64,000 nucleotides of DNA from Bacteroidota bacterium (GTDB lineage Bacteria > Bacteroidota > Ignavibacteria > UBA10030 > UBA8401), in contig JAUXTU010000015.1 of assembly GCA_030679145.1 (NCBI GenBank), forward strand, positions 121,190-185,189, read 5' to 3'. Under the pieces are notes generated by a model. That model saw nothing but the letters and a program-made list of their open reading frames with translations, did no database searches and was not told where the DNA came from. Of this stretch, positions 29,985 to 39,985 are shown one piece after another. The translations under genes were made by a program, and so were the position numbers. The first letter of the stretch is position 1. Every line of letters starts with the position of its first letter.

Positions 29985-30581
29985 TTAATGATGTTTCATT
30001 GCTCCGTGTAATTTATGCCGTAAAAACATCCGTGATCGCCGCAGACGCGATTTGACCGCTGGAATGGAAAGCTTCAATATCTTCGCTGTCTCTTCTGCCG
30101 TTCTATTCTCAAGATCGCGCAGAACAAAGACCACTTTATATTCTTCCGGTAATTCCTGAATTGCATCGTCCATTGTTTTGCGCAATTCTTTGTTCATTAA
30201 TGTTTCGATTGGTGAATCATCCCACGACTGCAATTGTTTCTGCACTGCTTCATCGTTCACATCCGGCGCATCATCGAGCGACTCGAGCAGTCCGTCTAAT
30301 TTCCGTTTCCGGCGGTTCATTAAACAATTGTTGGCGACAATGGTATAGAGCCACGTTGAGAACTTCGAACGAGAATCGAACTGATCGATCTTGCGATAAA
30401 CATTGATGAACGTATCCTGAAACGATTCTTCCGCTTTATCCTTATTCCTGCACAGTTTGAATGCAAAACCATACACCGTCTGCTCGTACTGCTTCACCAA
30501 TTGCGCAAATGCGCGTTCATCACCCTGTTTTACTTTGGCGATAAGATGGTGTTCGGTCTGCGTGTCGAGAGTGTTGGTCAT
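29985..30581 (-). CDS. ECF (sigma-70 family) RNA polymerase sigma factor. The start is taken at MTNTLDTQ; the track ORF starts at 30698.
   Basis: Region 2 (FINVYRKIDQFD..FSTWLYTIVAN) and region 4 (EYKVVFVLRDLENRTAEETAKIL) are present. Confidence 0.75.
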   Translation of the reverse strand: MTNTLDTQTEHHLIAKVKQGDERAFAQLVKQYEQTVYGFAFKLCRNKDKAEESFQDTFINVYRKIDQFDSRSKFSTWLYTIVANNCLMNRRKRKLDGLLESLDDAPDVNDEAVQKQLQSWDDSPIETLMNKELRKTMDDAIQELPEEYKVVFVLRDLENRTAEETAKILKLSIPAVKSRLRRSRMFLRHKLHGAMKHH

Positions 30582-30774
30582 TGATATGATGCAGTGAAAC
30601 GAAAAAAAGATGCTTTTGCTTTCAAAGAATAAAGAAAAATGGGTGCGGATGCAAGAAGAGATAAATAGATTACTTCGCAGCGAAGACGTTGGGAACAAGA
30701 TGAAAACTCAAAACCTAACTCACAGGTGCGTTGACAGTTTACACCTCAGAAGTTGAGTAGATGGGTGGCGCTTA

Positions 30775-31527
30775 TCATTCATAGAGATAACGCCTTTCAT
30801 TTAAGACACCTAAACAATAATCAATACCGAAAAGTATTTGTTCGGTTTCATCTTTTGATGATTCAACTTCTTCAACCGTGGGTCTGTATCCATATTTGTG
30901 AATGATTCTATTTCGCAATATATTCACTTGAGTATTTTTCAAACGCAATATTAAATCACTCAATTTATTATCCTCAATACTTTTTATTGCTTCATTTGTT
31001 GGTTCCGACGAATATAACTTCAAATCCAATATTATAGAATTACTTTGCTCAAGGCCATTACTCTTAATTTTGTTCGTAATAAAATTAATAAATGTATTCC
31101 TAAGGAGATAAAATGGCCATTTACGTGTACTTTCAAAAAGTAAATCTGATATTTTATTTAGAAGGTTTTCATTGTAAGATTTTTCAATCCCAAAAGGTTT
31201 ATAAAGCAATTCAACTCTAAGAAATAACGCAAAATACATCTCAAACGATTGTGTTAAATTTAGTATACAATAAGAATATTGCTTCCGTTGTTTTAACACC
31301 TCACAATCTAAAATTAACATTTGCCACGCTGGATTAATTAAATCTTTTTCAATCAGAAATTTAAAATTACAACTACTACTTTGACAGACAACTATTTTCT
31401 CAATGAGAAGTTTAAAGTTTTTAATATCAGATGCACGATTATATATATTCCAATATGAACAATAGGGACAACGCGCCTCAACATTTTCATATGTTGATCT
31501 TGTTTCAGTTGATTTTTTAATTACCAT
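30775..31527 (-). CDS. hypothetical protein with N-terminal Cys4 zinc-ribbon and C-terminal HEPN-like RNxxxHxY motif, located in an AT-rich island
   Basis: CPYCSYW...CQSSSCNF near the N-terminus. LRNRIIHKYGY sits ~50 aa from the C-terminus (nt ~30887-30916). GC is ~30 %. Confidence 0.35.
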   Translation of the reverse strand: MVIKKSTETRSTYENVEARCPYCSYWNIYNRASDIKNFKLLIEKIVVCQSSSCNFKFLIEKDLINPAWQMLILDCEVLKQRKQYSYCILNLTQSFEMYFALFLRVELLYKPFGIEKSYNENLLNKISDLLFESTRKWPFYLLRNTFINFITNKIKSNGLEQSNSIILDLKLYSSEPTNEAIKSIEDNKLSDLILRLKNTQVNILRNRIIHKYGYRPTVEEVESSKDETEQILFGIDYCLGVLNERRYLYE

Positions 31528-31556
31528 ATTGAATTATTATTTTATGAAAAGTTAAT

Positions 31557-32630
31557 CTAGGGTTCTGTTACAACCCGAAAACCGGTAGCAACCTCTCTAC
31601 TTCCAGGACTGTAACCGGCTCGATGTGCAACCCTATGATTAGTATTGTACCCATAATACCAAGAACCACCTCTAACAATACGGTAAATTCCGATTGGAGA
31701 AAGCCATGCACTTCCATCGGTTGGTGCTCCATCATAGTCGCTGTGATAGAAATCTTCACACCATTCCCACACATTACCACTCATGTCGTGAATTCCAAGT
31801 TCATTTCCTGTTTTTGTTGCTACCGGATGTGGGGAATAAAGCTCTATGTAGTTATAATACCATGAAACAGAATCTATGTTGTCACTACCACTATATATAT
31901 AATGAGGTTTATGTGCTTTTATACCACCTTGAGCAGCAAACTCCCATTCTGCTTCGGTTGGAAGTCGAACAATTTTTCCAGTTTTTAAACTCGCCCAAGC
32001 GCAAAACTCTTTTGCATCAAACCAGTTTACATTTATAGCAGGCATTGAAGTTCGGCCCCAACCACCATCATTAGGTTTCGATCGAAATGTTTCTCTGCAA
32101 AATTGGTCATATAGGTCAAATGTTACTTCCGTTTTACAAATTTTAAATGATTTAACGGTCACTTTATGTTGAGGATATTCCTCAAACAACCCTGTACCAT
32201 TTTCACTACCCATATCAAATGTTCCACCATCAGCCACAATCCACTCTACGAGTAATTCAGGAAATCTTGAAATCAATGAAAATTGAATTTGAGATGACTT
32301 TGCAAAATTATTATTAATGTCATACGCTATAACGGATAGCGTATGTGAGTATGAATTAGAATACTTCTTATAGAGTATATAATATTTATATGGATATTGA
32401 TTTAATACCGTATCAATTTTATTATCTACATATATTTCTATTTTATCGATTCCTCTATCATCTTTTGCCGATATTTCAATAAAAATTGAATCTGCCTCAT
32501 TTGTGTTATCCGCAGGTAAAATAATTTTCACTTCTGGGGATATTGTGTTGTTTTCTGTAGGGCTATTTCTTTTGCAAGAAATGATATTTGATAAAACAAA
32601 CAGAATAATGATTGGTATAATAATTTTCAT
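31557..32630 (-). CDS. FGE-sulfatase family lipoprotein
   Basis: Lipobox LSNIISCK. N-terminal Ig-like region. FGE-fold motifs (INVNWFDAKEFCAW, LPTEAEWEFA, RGGSWYY, GFRVV). Confidence 0.65.
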   Translation of the reverse strand: MKIIIPIIILFVLSNIISCKRNSPTENNTISPEVKIILPADNTNEADSIFIEISAKDDRGIDKIEIYVDNKIDTVLNQYPYKYYILYKKYSNSYSHTLSVIAYDINNNFAKSSQIQFSLISRFPELLVEWIVADGGTFDMGSENGTGLFEEYPQHKVTVKSFKICKTEVTFDLYDQFCRETFRSKPNDGGWGRTSMPAINVNWFDAKEFCAWASLKTGKIVRLPTEAEWEFAAQGGIKAHKPHYIYSGSDNIDSVSWYYNYIELYSPHPVATKTGNELGIHDMSGNVWEWCEDFYHSDYDGAPTDGSAWLSPIGIYRIVRGGSWYYGYNTNHRVAHRAGYSPGSREVATGFRVVTEP

Positions 32631-32657
32631 TTTTTTACTTTAACTAATATTTTATTT

Positions 32658-32975
32658 TTATTTTCGAACACCGTAACAAGCTACTGTTGGTCTAGTTAAA
32701 CCAACAACTAAAGTGGAATATTTTCCATTATCACCTTGATTGATAAAGTACTCTTTATAGTCTACGCCGATGACAAGTTTTATTTGTGAATATTTATTTC
32801 TATCAGCACTTAATGTTACCTTAACCGACCAGTATGAATTTAAAGTATTTTGATATTTTCCTACATATTCAGCAGAGACTGAAGTTGGATTTAATAATTC
32901 TTCCTTGCCGCTTTCAGATTCATTTGGATCTGAGCAGCCAACTAATAATAAAATAAAGGATAGTAGTAATTTCAC
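32658..32975 (-). CDS. small lipoprotein, unknown function
   Basis: Lipobox LLVGCS. 105 aa. AT-rich. Confidence 0.4.
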   Translation of the reverse strand: MKLLLSFILLLVGCSDPNESESGKEELLNPTSVSAEYVGKYQNTLNSYWSVKVTLSADRNKYSQIKLVIGVDYKEYFINQGDNGKYSTLVVGLTRPTVACYGVRK

Positions 32976-33285
32976 TTCAATCTCCGATATGGATAGTCGC
33001 CTAATCTATGATTAGTTTGCTTATCAAAAAAACCTGAAATCATTATTCTACTAATGTATCATAAAAATTGTGATGAACAATCCTATCTTCAAGTATGTGT
33101 TAATTTTTGCCTTAATATTAACAAAGTTTGAATAGAGCGCAACATCCTGATATGGCAATCTCTTTTTGATTTTCAATCAAACAAGGTTGTTATTTGCACA
33201 CTGCAACAATTCACTCAAAAAAACGTTTTTTAAGAGTGTTTTTCCTTTGCTTGCACTTCATGTAATTTAAGCTGAAATTTCATCT

Positions 33286-34326
33286 ATGAATCGTCGGGCT
33301 GTATTAAAAAAATTAATCGTTACACCGCTTATGCTACCATCGTTATCGCTCTTTTCACAAGAACGATCCGGGCTGCCGTCACATCATGGCGAGAACGGAT
33401 TCATCAATACCGATCCTGAATTTGCTGAAGCGGGATTCAATGAAATGGCTCCTTGGCTTGCAGGTAAACTCGGCGATATTTTTTATAGCACTCCGAAATT
33501 CGATATCCCCAGAGAAGTGAACGACGGTTCGATCTTCAAAGAAAAAAAAACATACACTATAACATGGATCGGTCAGTCAACCGCATTGATCCAAATGGAA
33601 GGATCGAATTTTCTGACCGACCCTGTTTGGTCATCCAAAGCAGGTCCGTTCAAATTTGCAGGTTCGCCGCGCATTTCTGAACCCGGACTTGCAATAGAAA
33701 AACTTCCTCCGCTCGATTTTGTTCTCATCTCGCACAATCATTACGACCATCTTGATGAATACAGTATTGAATATATTGCTGATCATCATCCGAATGTAAA
33801 ATTCTTTGTTCCGCTCCGTGTCCGCGATTGGTTTGAAGAGCGGGGAATTCAGAATGTTGAAGAGCTGGATTGGTGGGAAGGGGCATCATTCAATAATTTA
33901 AAAATTCTCTGCACACCGGCGCAGCATTTTTCCGGCAGGTGGATCAATGACCGAAATCAATCGTTGTGGTGTTCGTGGACAGTGCTTGGGAAAAAGAGAT
34001 TATTTTTTGCGGGGGATTCTGGATATTGTTCACATTTCAAAAATATCGGAAAAAAATTCGGTCCGTTCGATCTTGCAATGATCCCCATCGGCGCATACGA
34101 TCCGAGAAAATTGATGAAGCCCGTGCATATGGATCCTGCGGAAGCAGTGCAGACATTTTTAGATGTGCGCGGAAAAAAAATGCTTGCCATTCACTGGGGA
34201 ACATTTATTCTGACCGATGAGCCGATGGATGAACCGCCAAAAAAATTATTGAGTGTGGTTGAAGAACAGAAGCTTTTGAAAGAAGATTTTTTGGCTCTGA
34301 AACTTGGTGAAACGAGAGAGTGGTAA
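33286..34326 (+). CDS. metallo-beta-lactamase-fold hydrolase (NAPE-PLD-like) with signal peptide
   Basis: HxHxDH motif (SHNHYDHLD). Signal sequence with RR. Additional metal-ligand His/Asp residues. Confidence 0.65.
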   Translation: MNRRAVLKKLIVTPLMLPSLSLFSQERSGLPSHHGENGFINTDPEFAEAGFNEMAPWLAGKLGDIFYSTPKFDIPREVNDGSIFKEKKTYTITWIGQSTALIQMEGSNFLTDPVWSSKAGPFKFAGSPRISEPGLAIEKLPPLDFVLISHNHYDHLDEYSIEYIADHHPNVKFFVPLRVRDWFEERGIQNVEELDWWEGASFNNLKILCTPAQHFSGRWINDRNQSLWCSWTVLGKKRLFFAGDSGYCSHFKNIGKKFGPFDLAMIPIGAYDPRKLMKPVHMDPAEAVQTFLDVRGKKMLAIHWGTFILTDEPMDEPPKKLLSVVEEQKLLKEDFLALKLGETREW

Positions 34327-34378
34327 GCAAAGATTTATTTATTCTTCATCAGTTTAATTATCTGCATCTTTAAGCGTA

Positions 34379-34447
34379 TCGTCATTCCCGCACGTTTTTT
34401 GCGGGGATCTATTCTGTGGATGCCCGATAAGAACATTCGGGCATGAC
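34379..34447. repeat. palindromic intergenic repeat, GTCATTCCCG family, copy C (near-identical to copy B)
   Basis: TCGTCATTCCCGCACGTTTTTTGCGGGGATCTAT, plus TGGATGCCCGATAAGAACATTCGGGCATGAC. Confidence 0.65.
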
Positions 34448-34464
34448 AAAAATTTGTCGCCCCG

Positions 34465-34860
34465 TTATTTTGGATGATGAAATTTTGCCGCCGCAACAGA
34501 CACCGCACCGATCAACGATCCATATATTCCACCGATGAATGGACTTGAAATAAGTAAAAACCATTGCGGCGAAAGTGTTTTGGTAAAAATCTCTAATTCC
34601 GAAGCAGCGTGAGGATTGTGTTGTACGTAGAGTGAAAAGAACGCAATCTGAACAATTGTATTCGATAGTCCCATTCCAATACCCGCCAGAATCCCGTGAA
34701 GAAAAATCTTATGTGTTGTTGTTCGTGCAATGAAAACAGCCGTGACCAAAGCGATGACGATCCACAAGAGTAATTCAAAGTTCTGTGTATAGCCGAACAG
34801 GGAAGCTGTTCCCATCAAAATGCCGAACATCGAAAAAAAATATATATTAAGCCACTTCAA
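34465..34860 (-). CDS. hypothetical integral membrane protein
   Basis: 131 aa with 4 predicted TM helices. Confidence 0.4.
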   Translation of the reverse strand: MKWLNIYFFSMFGILMGTASLFGYTQNFELLLWIVIALVTAVFIARTTTHKIFLHGILAGIGMGLSNTIVQIAFFSLYVQHNPHAASELEIFTKTLSPQWFLLISSPFIGGIYGSLIGAVSVAAAKFHHPK

Positions 34861-35229
34861 TGGTTGTTTACCTTAGATTGTTGCAGTGAAAATACAAACT
34901 CTATGTGCTAACATCAATAATGTTTTAAGACTCAATGCTTAAAGAAAGTTCAGAAGTAATGAGTCAATTGAACGTGAAGGCATTCCTAAACCACCGGACT
35001 TGTATCTTACTAAGAGTTACAATATATTTAACACCTGTTTTTTTGAATTACTCAGATCTTAGTTGTATAAGTTAATGGTAAAAAATTCCACTTATCGGAG
35101 AAAAATACCGAGTTCTTACATTTTATCTGATTTTTTTTGTGAAAATATAACGGTTATAATTTGGCATAGTCTATGCCCTAGATATATAGTTAACCATCAT
35201 TTCAAAAAAACTATTAAAGAGTAAAAACA

Positions 35230-35682
35230 ATGGGTCAACAACAATTGTTGCTCCTCATTCTTGGTGCAATTATCATTGGTATTGCCGTCGTAGTCGGTAT
35301 CACAATATTCCAAGATAATGCTATTAGCTCAAACAAAGATGCTGTAATAAATGATTTGATCCAGTTATCGGCAAAAGCACAAGAGCATTATCGTAGAACA
35401 TCATCAACGGGTGGTGGTGGATATACCTATTCAGGAATTGATTCTGTTGGTTCGCTCGTTTCAAACGAATTTTCGAATAACGATAAAGGGAGATATTTTA
35501 TCATACCTATTAGTGCAAATCAAATTCTTCTTGCAGGGTACAGTAAATATCAAAATGCTGATGGTACATATCCCGCAATTGGAATGCTTGTAACTCCCAC
35601 CGAAAGTATAATAGGACCATGGATTAACACAGCAACAGCAATACCAACCTCTAATGCAGAAATAGACATACCAACTCCGTAA
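35230..35682 (+). CDS. hypothetical protein with N-terminal hydrophobic anchor
   Basis: 150 aa. N-terminal LLLLILGAIIIGIAVVVGITIF. No recognisable domain. Confidence 0.3.
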   Translation: MGQQQLLLLILGAIIIGIAVVVGITIFQDNAISSNKDAVINDLIQLSAKAQEHYRRTSSTGGGGYTYSGIDSVGSLVSNEFSNNDKGRYFIIPISANQILLAGYSKYQNADGTYPAIGMLVTPTESIIGPWINTATAIPTSNAEIDIPTP

Positions 35683-35807
35683 AATCAGTCTCCCAAGAGA
35701 TCATCGTCAGTCTTGAAAAATCGAAGGTCATCAAAGAATATCTACATAAACGGACACCCTATCATTCCGCCAAAATTATTTTATTCACTTTTGTATTTCC
35801 AACAGGG

Positions 35808-36038
35808 TTACACAATTGCTTCTTCAATTTCGAACTGTTCATTCAATTCTTCCAGTTCATGTTCAAGCAAGCGTCGGTGTTCTCGTTTTTCCTGAGCGAT
35901 GGAGATGAGCAGCGGCTTGATCAAACTGTCGCCGATCTGGCGGATGGTGCGTTCGTACAGGGCGACGCTTTCATTTTCTCGTTCAATAAGCCGCTCAATC
36001 ATTTGTGTAACAGAAGAGAATTCTTCTACGGTTTGCAT
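35808..36038 (-). CDS. small helical hypothetical protein downstream of korB
   Basis: 76 aa, acidic, predicted all-helical. It is co-directional with korAB. Confidence 0.3.
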   Translation of the reverse strand: MQTVEEFSSVTQMIERLIERENESVALYERTIRQIGDSLIKPLLISIAQEKREHRRLLEHELEELNEQFEIEEAIV

Positions 36039-36055
36039 AAGTGCCTCTGAATATA

Positions 36056-37399
36056 TTAAGACAATAGCGGTAATAGTTTTTTTATATCATCCTGATACAA
36101 CGATACTTTTTCCCCCACATGCATTTGGATTGAATCTACTATCGCTTCAATCGGGATCACCAATTCGCGTGCGATAAAAGCAGCTACAGCACTAGTGGTT
36201 GCGCGTTGAGGTGTACACATTGAACGGAGTGGAACACGATATATTCTTGCAGATGTAGTGATCTCAGGAAGCGAATCTTCCATAATGATGACCGTCTGTT
36301 TGTTACTGCGGGAAATCGTTCCATTCGCCGTTACTTCTTTCAAACCTTCAGCAGATGAAATAATAACAACATCCGGCACGTCAATTCCGGTATAATAAAT
36401 TTCTTCACTGCTTAAGACAACTTCCGACAGTGAAAACCCTGAACCTTGCGTAACAGGATTATCATTTTTTTGTGTTGCGTGAAGACCGCACAGAATTCCG
36501 GCGCGCATCAATAAGTAAGACGACAACTGCACTTTTTCTCCGGCAGTTCCGGCAATTACCCAACGGCGCGTTCCGTGAAGAGAAGAAATATATCTCTGCG
36601 TCAATGCATCGTTTTTTATTTTCGACGGATGACCCAATACTTTCGATTTATATTCTTCACAGAATTCTTTTCGTTTGAATGTGGCTGGAAGTGTTGCGGC
36701 ATTATGCTGTTCGGCCATGGCTTGAATTGTTTTTCCATCGATCTTATTGTTCCCGATTGCAAATTCAGTGCAGAGTTCAACGATCTCTACCAATGCAAAA
36801 CCGGGATGAGCAATCGCATCAGCGATCACGTTTGTCAGATTCTTATCGGTTGCGGAGATGCTGGTTACATATTCGGCTCCGCAGCTTTTTATCATTGCAC
36901 AAATATCCATCGGCGGAACAATGTTTCCTTCCGGCGTAGTCGGCGTAATGAATTCCAGCGGAGAGAATCCGGAGTGTTGTCCGCCGGTCATTCCATACAG
37001 CATATTATTGGCAACTAGTACGGTCACGTCAACATTCATCAATGCTGCGTTGACAACATGAAGCAAGCCGATTGTTGCACCGCCGTCTCCGATGACGACA
37101 ACGGTTTTCAATTTTGAATCGTTCAAGATCCCGTCCGCAAGTTCAACACCGGTTGCAAAAGCAGTGGAACGTCCGTGAGTTGTGTGGAACGTATGCGGAG
37201 AAACAAAAAGAGAATCAAGAATTCCGATGCATCCAATGTCGCTGACAATACAGACTTTTTTCGGATCAAGTTGAAGCGAGGATAATGCGCGGTCGAGATT
37301 GTGAACGTAATGATGATGTCCGCACCCTTTGCAGAATGGAAATGCGACGGAATCCTTCAAAAATGTTTTTGGCTGAACAGTTGTCATAAAGTTATACAC
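36056..37399 (-). CDS. korB: 2-oxoacid:ferredoxin oxidoreductase beta subunit (TPP-binding) fused to gamma-like domain
   Basis: FCKGCGHHH TPP/Fe-S motif and GDGG. C-terminal POR/gamma-like domain (VIAGTAGEKVQ...). 447 aa. Confidence 0.7.
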   Translation of the reverse strand: MYNFMTTVQPKTFLKDSVAFPFCKGCGHHHYVHNLDRALSSLQLDPKKVCIVSDIGCIGILDSLFVSPHTFHTTHGRSTAFATGVELADGILNDSKLKTVVVIGDGGATIGLLHVVNAALMNVDVTVLVANNMLYGMTGGQHSGFSPLEFITPTTPEGNIVPPMDICAMIKSCGAEYVTSISATDKNLTNVIADAIAHPGFALVEIVELCTEFAIGNNKIDGKTIQAMAEQHNAATLPATFKRKEFCEEYKSKVLGHPSKIKNDALTQRYISSLHGTRRWVIAGTAGEKVQLSSYLLMRAGILCGLHATQKNDNPVTQGSGFSLSEVVLSSEEIYYTGIDVPDVVIISSAEGLKEVTANGTISRSNKQTVIIMEDSLPEITTSARIYRVPLRSMCTPQRATTSAVAAFIARELVIPIEAIVDSIQMHVGEKVSLYQDDIKKLLPLLS

Positions 37400-38517
37400 C
37401 CCAGAATATCGTTTGGCGTGATCATTTTGCCGAACGAATTGATGCCAATGACAATTGTACCGGCGAACAAATGCTGTATGACGGAACGATATTGTCCGGT
37501 AAGATTTTCTTCTGCAATAAATATGGTGTGAACACCTTTTGCTGCTTTCTTCAAAAGTTTTTCCGGTATCGGGAACAGCGAGATGACATTCACCAATCGC
37601 ACACGCATACCTTGCTTACGCGCTAATTTTACAGCTTCACGCGCAGTTCGTGCGGTGATACCGAAACTGATGATCAAAATATCTGCATTTGGATCGTCGT
37701 CAGTTTTAACGAATGCCATTTCTTCTGCACGTGATGTGATCTTCTTTTGTAAATGTCGAAGGACTTCAATCGTTTCAGGAGAATTCTTTTGTAATGATCC
37801 ACCTTTGTCGTGCGCCGATCCCGTAATAGTAGTTTTATGTTCACCGCCGATTGGAGAGAAGAGTGGAACATCTGCAAGTGATTTAAAATTGTATGTTTTG
37901 TATCCATCTGTATCGTTGTTTACAGGTTGTTTGCGATAATTGACAGGAGAAGAAACGAGTGAACTAAAGTTCACATCTTCGGACATCATTCCGATTTCTT
38001 TATCCGAGAGTATGATCACTGGTGTTCGAAGCTCTTCTGCCCAAAACATGGCAAGTGATGCGACTTCAAAACATTCTTCAGCTGTACTCGGAGCAAAGAT
38101 CGGAATTGTATATGCGCCTGATGTACAATATTCTGTTAATAAAATATCTCCCTGAGCACCTTGCGTTGCTCCGCCGGTACTTGGTCCAAGCCGTTGAACG
38201 ACTGCGATGACAACAGGAAGTTCGGTCATTAATGCGTATTGAACTGTTTCGATCATCAGAGACCAGCCGGGACCCGATGTAGCAGTCATTGCTTTTGCAC
38301 CCCGCGCAGAAGCACCGACGCAATATGCTAATGCAGAAATTTCGTCCGGTGAACTGATGGCAACACCGTTGCGCCTGGGAAGTTCTTCGATCATTGATTT
38401 ATAGATCCCGGAAGCGGGAGTGATCGGATATCCGGCAAAGAATTGGCAGCCGGCATGCAATGCACCTTCGGCGATCATTTGATTACCGGTGCGTATTTTG
38501 ATTTGTTGGATTGACAT
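37384..38517 (-). CDS. korA: 2-oxoacid:ferredoxin oxidoreductase alpha subunit
   Basis: 377 aa with the pyruvate:ferredoxin oxidoreductase domain I/II pattern. It overlaps the korB start. Confidence 0.7.
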   Translation of the reverse strand: MSIQQIKIRTGNQMIAEGALHAGCQFFAGYPITPASGIYKSMIEELPRRNGVAISSPDEISALAYCVGASARGAKAMTATSGPGWSLMIETVQYALMTELPVVIAVVQRLGPSTGGATQGAQGDILLTEYCTSGAYTIPIFAPSTAEECFEVASLAMFWAEELRTPVIILSDKEIGMMSEDVNFSSLVSSPVNYRKQPVNNDTDGYKTYNFKSLADVPLFSPIGGEHKTTITGSAHDKGGSLQKNSPETIEVLRHLQKKITSRAEEMAFVKTDDDPNADILIISFGITARTAREAVKLARKQGMRVRLVNVISLFPIPEKLLKKAAKGVHTIFIAEENLTGQYRSVIQHLFAGTIVIGINSFGKMITPNDILGCITL

Positions 38518-38709
38518 AATTGATATCGAAGATATTTATTAAACTCAATAATGAGATTTTATTTTTATATATATCAAAAATCGTGCTATGAGTTTGTGTC
38601 AGTTTATAGTGAAAAATTGAATTTTTGAAGAGGAAATTTATTGAGGATAAGAAAGCAAAATAATGTTTGCGAAAAATGAGAAGTAAAATCGGAGAAAAAA
38701 GTATGTAAT

Positions 38710-38739
38710 AAAAAATCCCGCGTAGCGGGATTTTTTATT
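38710..38739 (-). terminator. rho-independent terminator after rodA (bidirectional hairpin)
   Basis: AAAAAATCCCGC-GTAG-CGGGATTTTTTATT. Confidence 0.65.
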
Positions 38740-38757
38740 CACTGGAGATGAAAAGAA

Positions 38758-39978
38758 TCAATATTCCTTTCGATTAGCGTACACATTCATCATCAATCCG
38801 GCAACCATCATATACGAAACAAGCGACGAACCGCCGTAACTAAGAAACGGAAGCGGAATACCGATCACCGGCATAAGACCGACAGACATTCCAATATTCA
38901 CGAAGACATGAAATGCGAAGAGACAGGTGAATCCCATTGCAAGTAAATTACCAAATTTATTCTTTGCTGTTGATGCAAGATGCACGCCATGAAACAGTAA
39001 GATTGCAAAGAGTCCTAACACAACAACACCGCCAAGAAAACCGAACTCTTCTCCCGGAACGCAAAAAATAAAATCAGTCCACTGTTTTGGAATAAAACTC
39101 AGCTGTGTTTGAGTTCCGCGCATGAATCCTTTTCCAATAAGACCGCCTGAACCGATCGCAACTTTTGCTTGAATGACATTATATCCGGCACCGAGCGGGT
39201 CATTGTTCGGATCAAGAAATGTTGCGATACGTTTTTGCTGATACATCGGAAGTTTTTCGTACACGATCTGTACAAAAAATCCGATGACAACATTTGCGCC
39301 GAACACTATTGTCGCAAAGAACCGGTTCTCATTGCGAAGTTTGTAGAGACCGGCGCCAAGGAGAATAAGAACGATCAGAAATGGAGTTGTGCCAAAAATG
39401 GAAGCAGCCGCAACGAATGCCGGTGCAATGATAATAATAATGAGAAATTTTGATGCACCTGCCCAGTAGAGAACCGGAATATACATGGCAAGAAATGTAA
39501 GTGCAGTTCCAAAATCCGGTTGAAGCATGATCAATCCGATCGGTAAGGCAACGATTGCACTCGACTTCACAAGATCTTTCAGATCGGTTGCTTTCACATC
39601 GCTTTGACTTAAGAACGAGGCAAGCGCAAGCATTGTGGTGATCTTCACAAACTCTGATGGTTGAATTCCGAGTCCGGCAAATCCAAGCCAGCTTTGTGAA
39701 CCGTATACTCTTTTTCCTACGAGCAGAACAAGTACAAGCAAACTGAGCGAAGTAAAGAATATCCGAAATGCATTTCGCTGCAACCAACGGAGCGGAAGAA
39801 GCATCATTGACAGCATCGCGAAAAAACCGATCACCGCCCACAGAAGCTGCCGGTAAAAGTCGCGTCCTTCATACGCATCGAATGTTGCGCTGTAAATAGA
39901 AAGCAGACCGATGCCGACGAGCGACAGTGCGCAGAAAAAAATCGTACGATCAAAATATTCTTTGAAAAACGAATTCAT
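38758..39978 (-). CDS. rodA: rod shape-determining protein RodA (SEDS family)
   Basis: 406 aa polytopic protein with FtsW/RodA family motifs. It is adjacent to mrdA. Confidence 0.8.
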   Translation of the reverse strand: MNSFFKEYFDRTIFFCALSLVGIGLLSIYSATFDAYEGRDFYRQLLWAVIGFFAMLSMMLLPLRWLQRNAFRIFFTSLSLLVLVLLVGKRVYGSQSWLGFAGLGIQPSEFVKITTMLALASFLSQSDVKATDLKDLVKSSAIVALPIGLIMLQPDFGTALTFLAMYIPVLYWAGASKFLIIIIIAPAFVAAASIFGTTPFLIVLILLGAGLYKLRNENRFFATIVFGANVVIGFFVQIVYEKLPMYQQKRIATFLDPNNDPLGAGYNVIQAKVAIGSGGLIGKGFMRGTQTQLSFIPKQWTDFIFCVPGEEFGFLGGVVVLGLFAILLFHGVHLASTAKNKFGNLLAMGFTCLFAFHVFVNIGMSVGLMPVIGIPLPFLSYGGSSLVSYMMVAGLMMNVYANRKEY

Positions 39979-39985
39979 AAAATTT

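Noticed and set aside
29985-30698. 237-aa version of the ECF sigma ORF
   Set aside because: The N-terminal 39 residues are low-complexity. Sigma region 2 begins right after the internal ATG at 30581.
31557-32630. FGE-family lipoprotein as GldK/PorK of the T9SS
   Set aside because: It has no porL/M/N neighbours, it is shorter than PorK, and it sits in an AT-rich island. It is kept as a generic FGE-family lipoprotein.
36472-37061. Cluster of + strand ORFs inside korB
   Set aside because: They are antisense to a conserved TPP-enzyme gene and are shadow ORFs.
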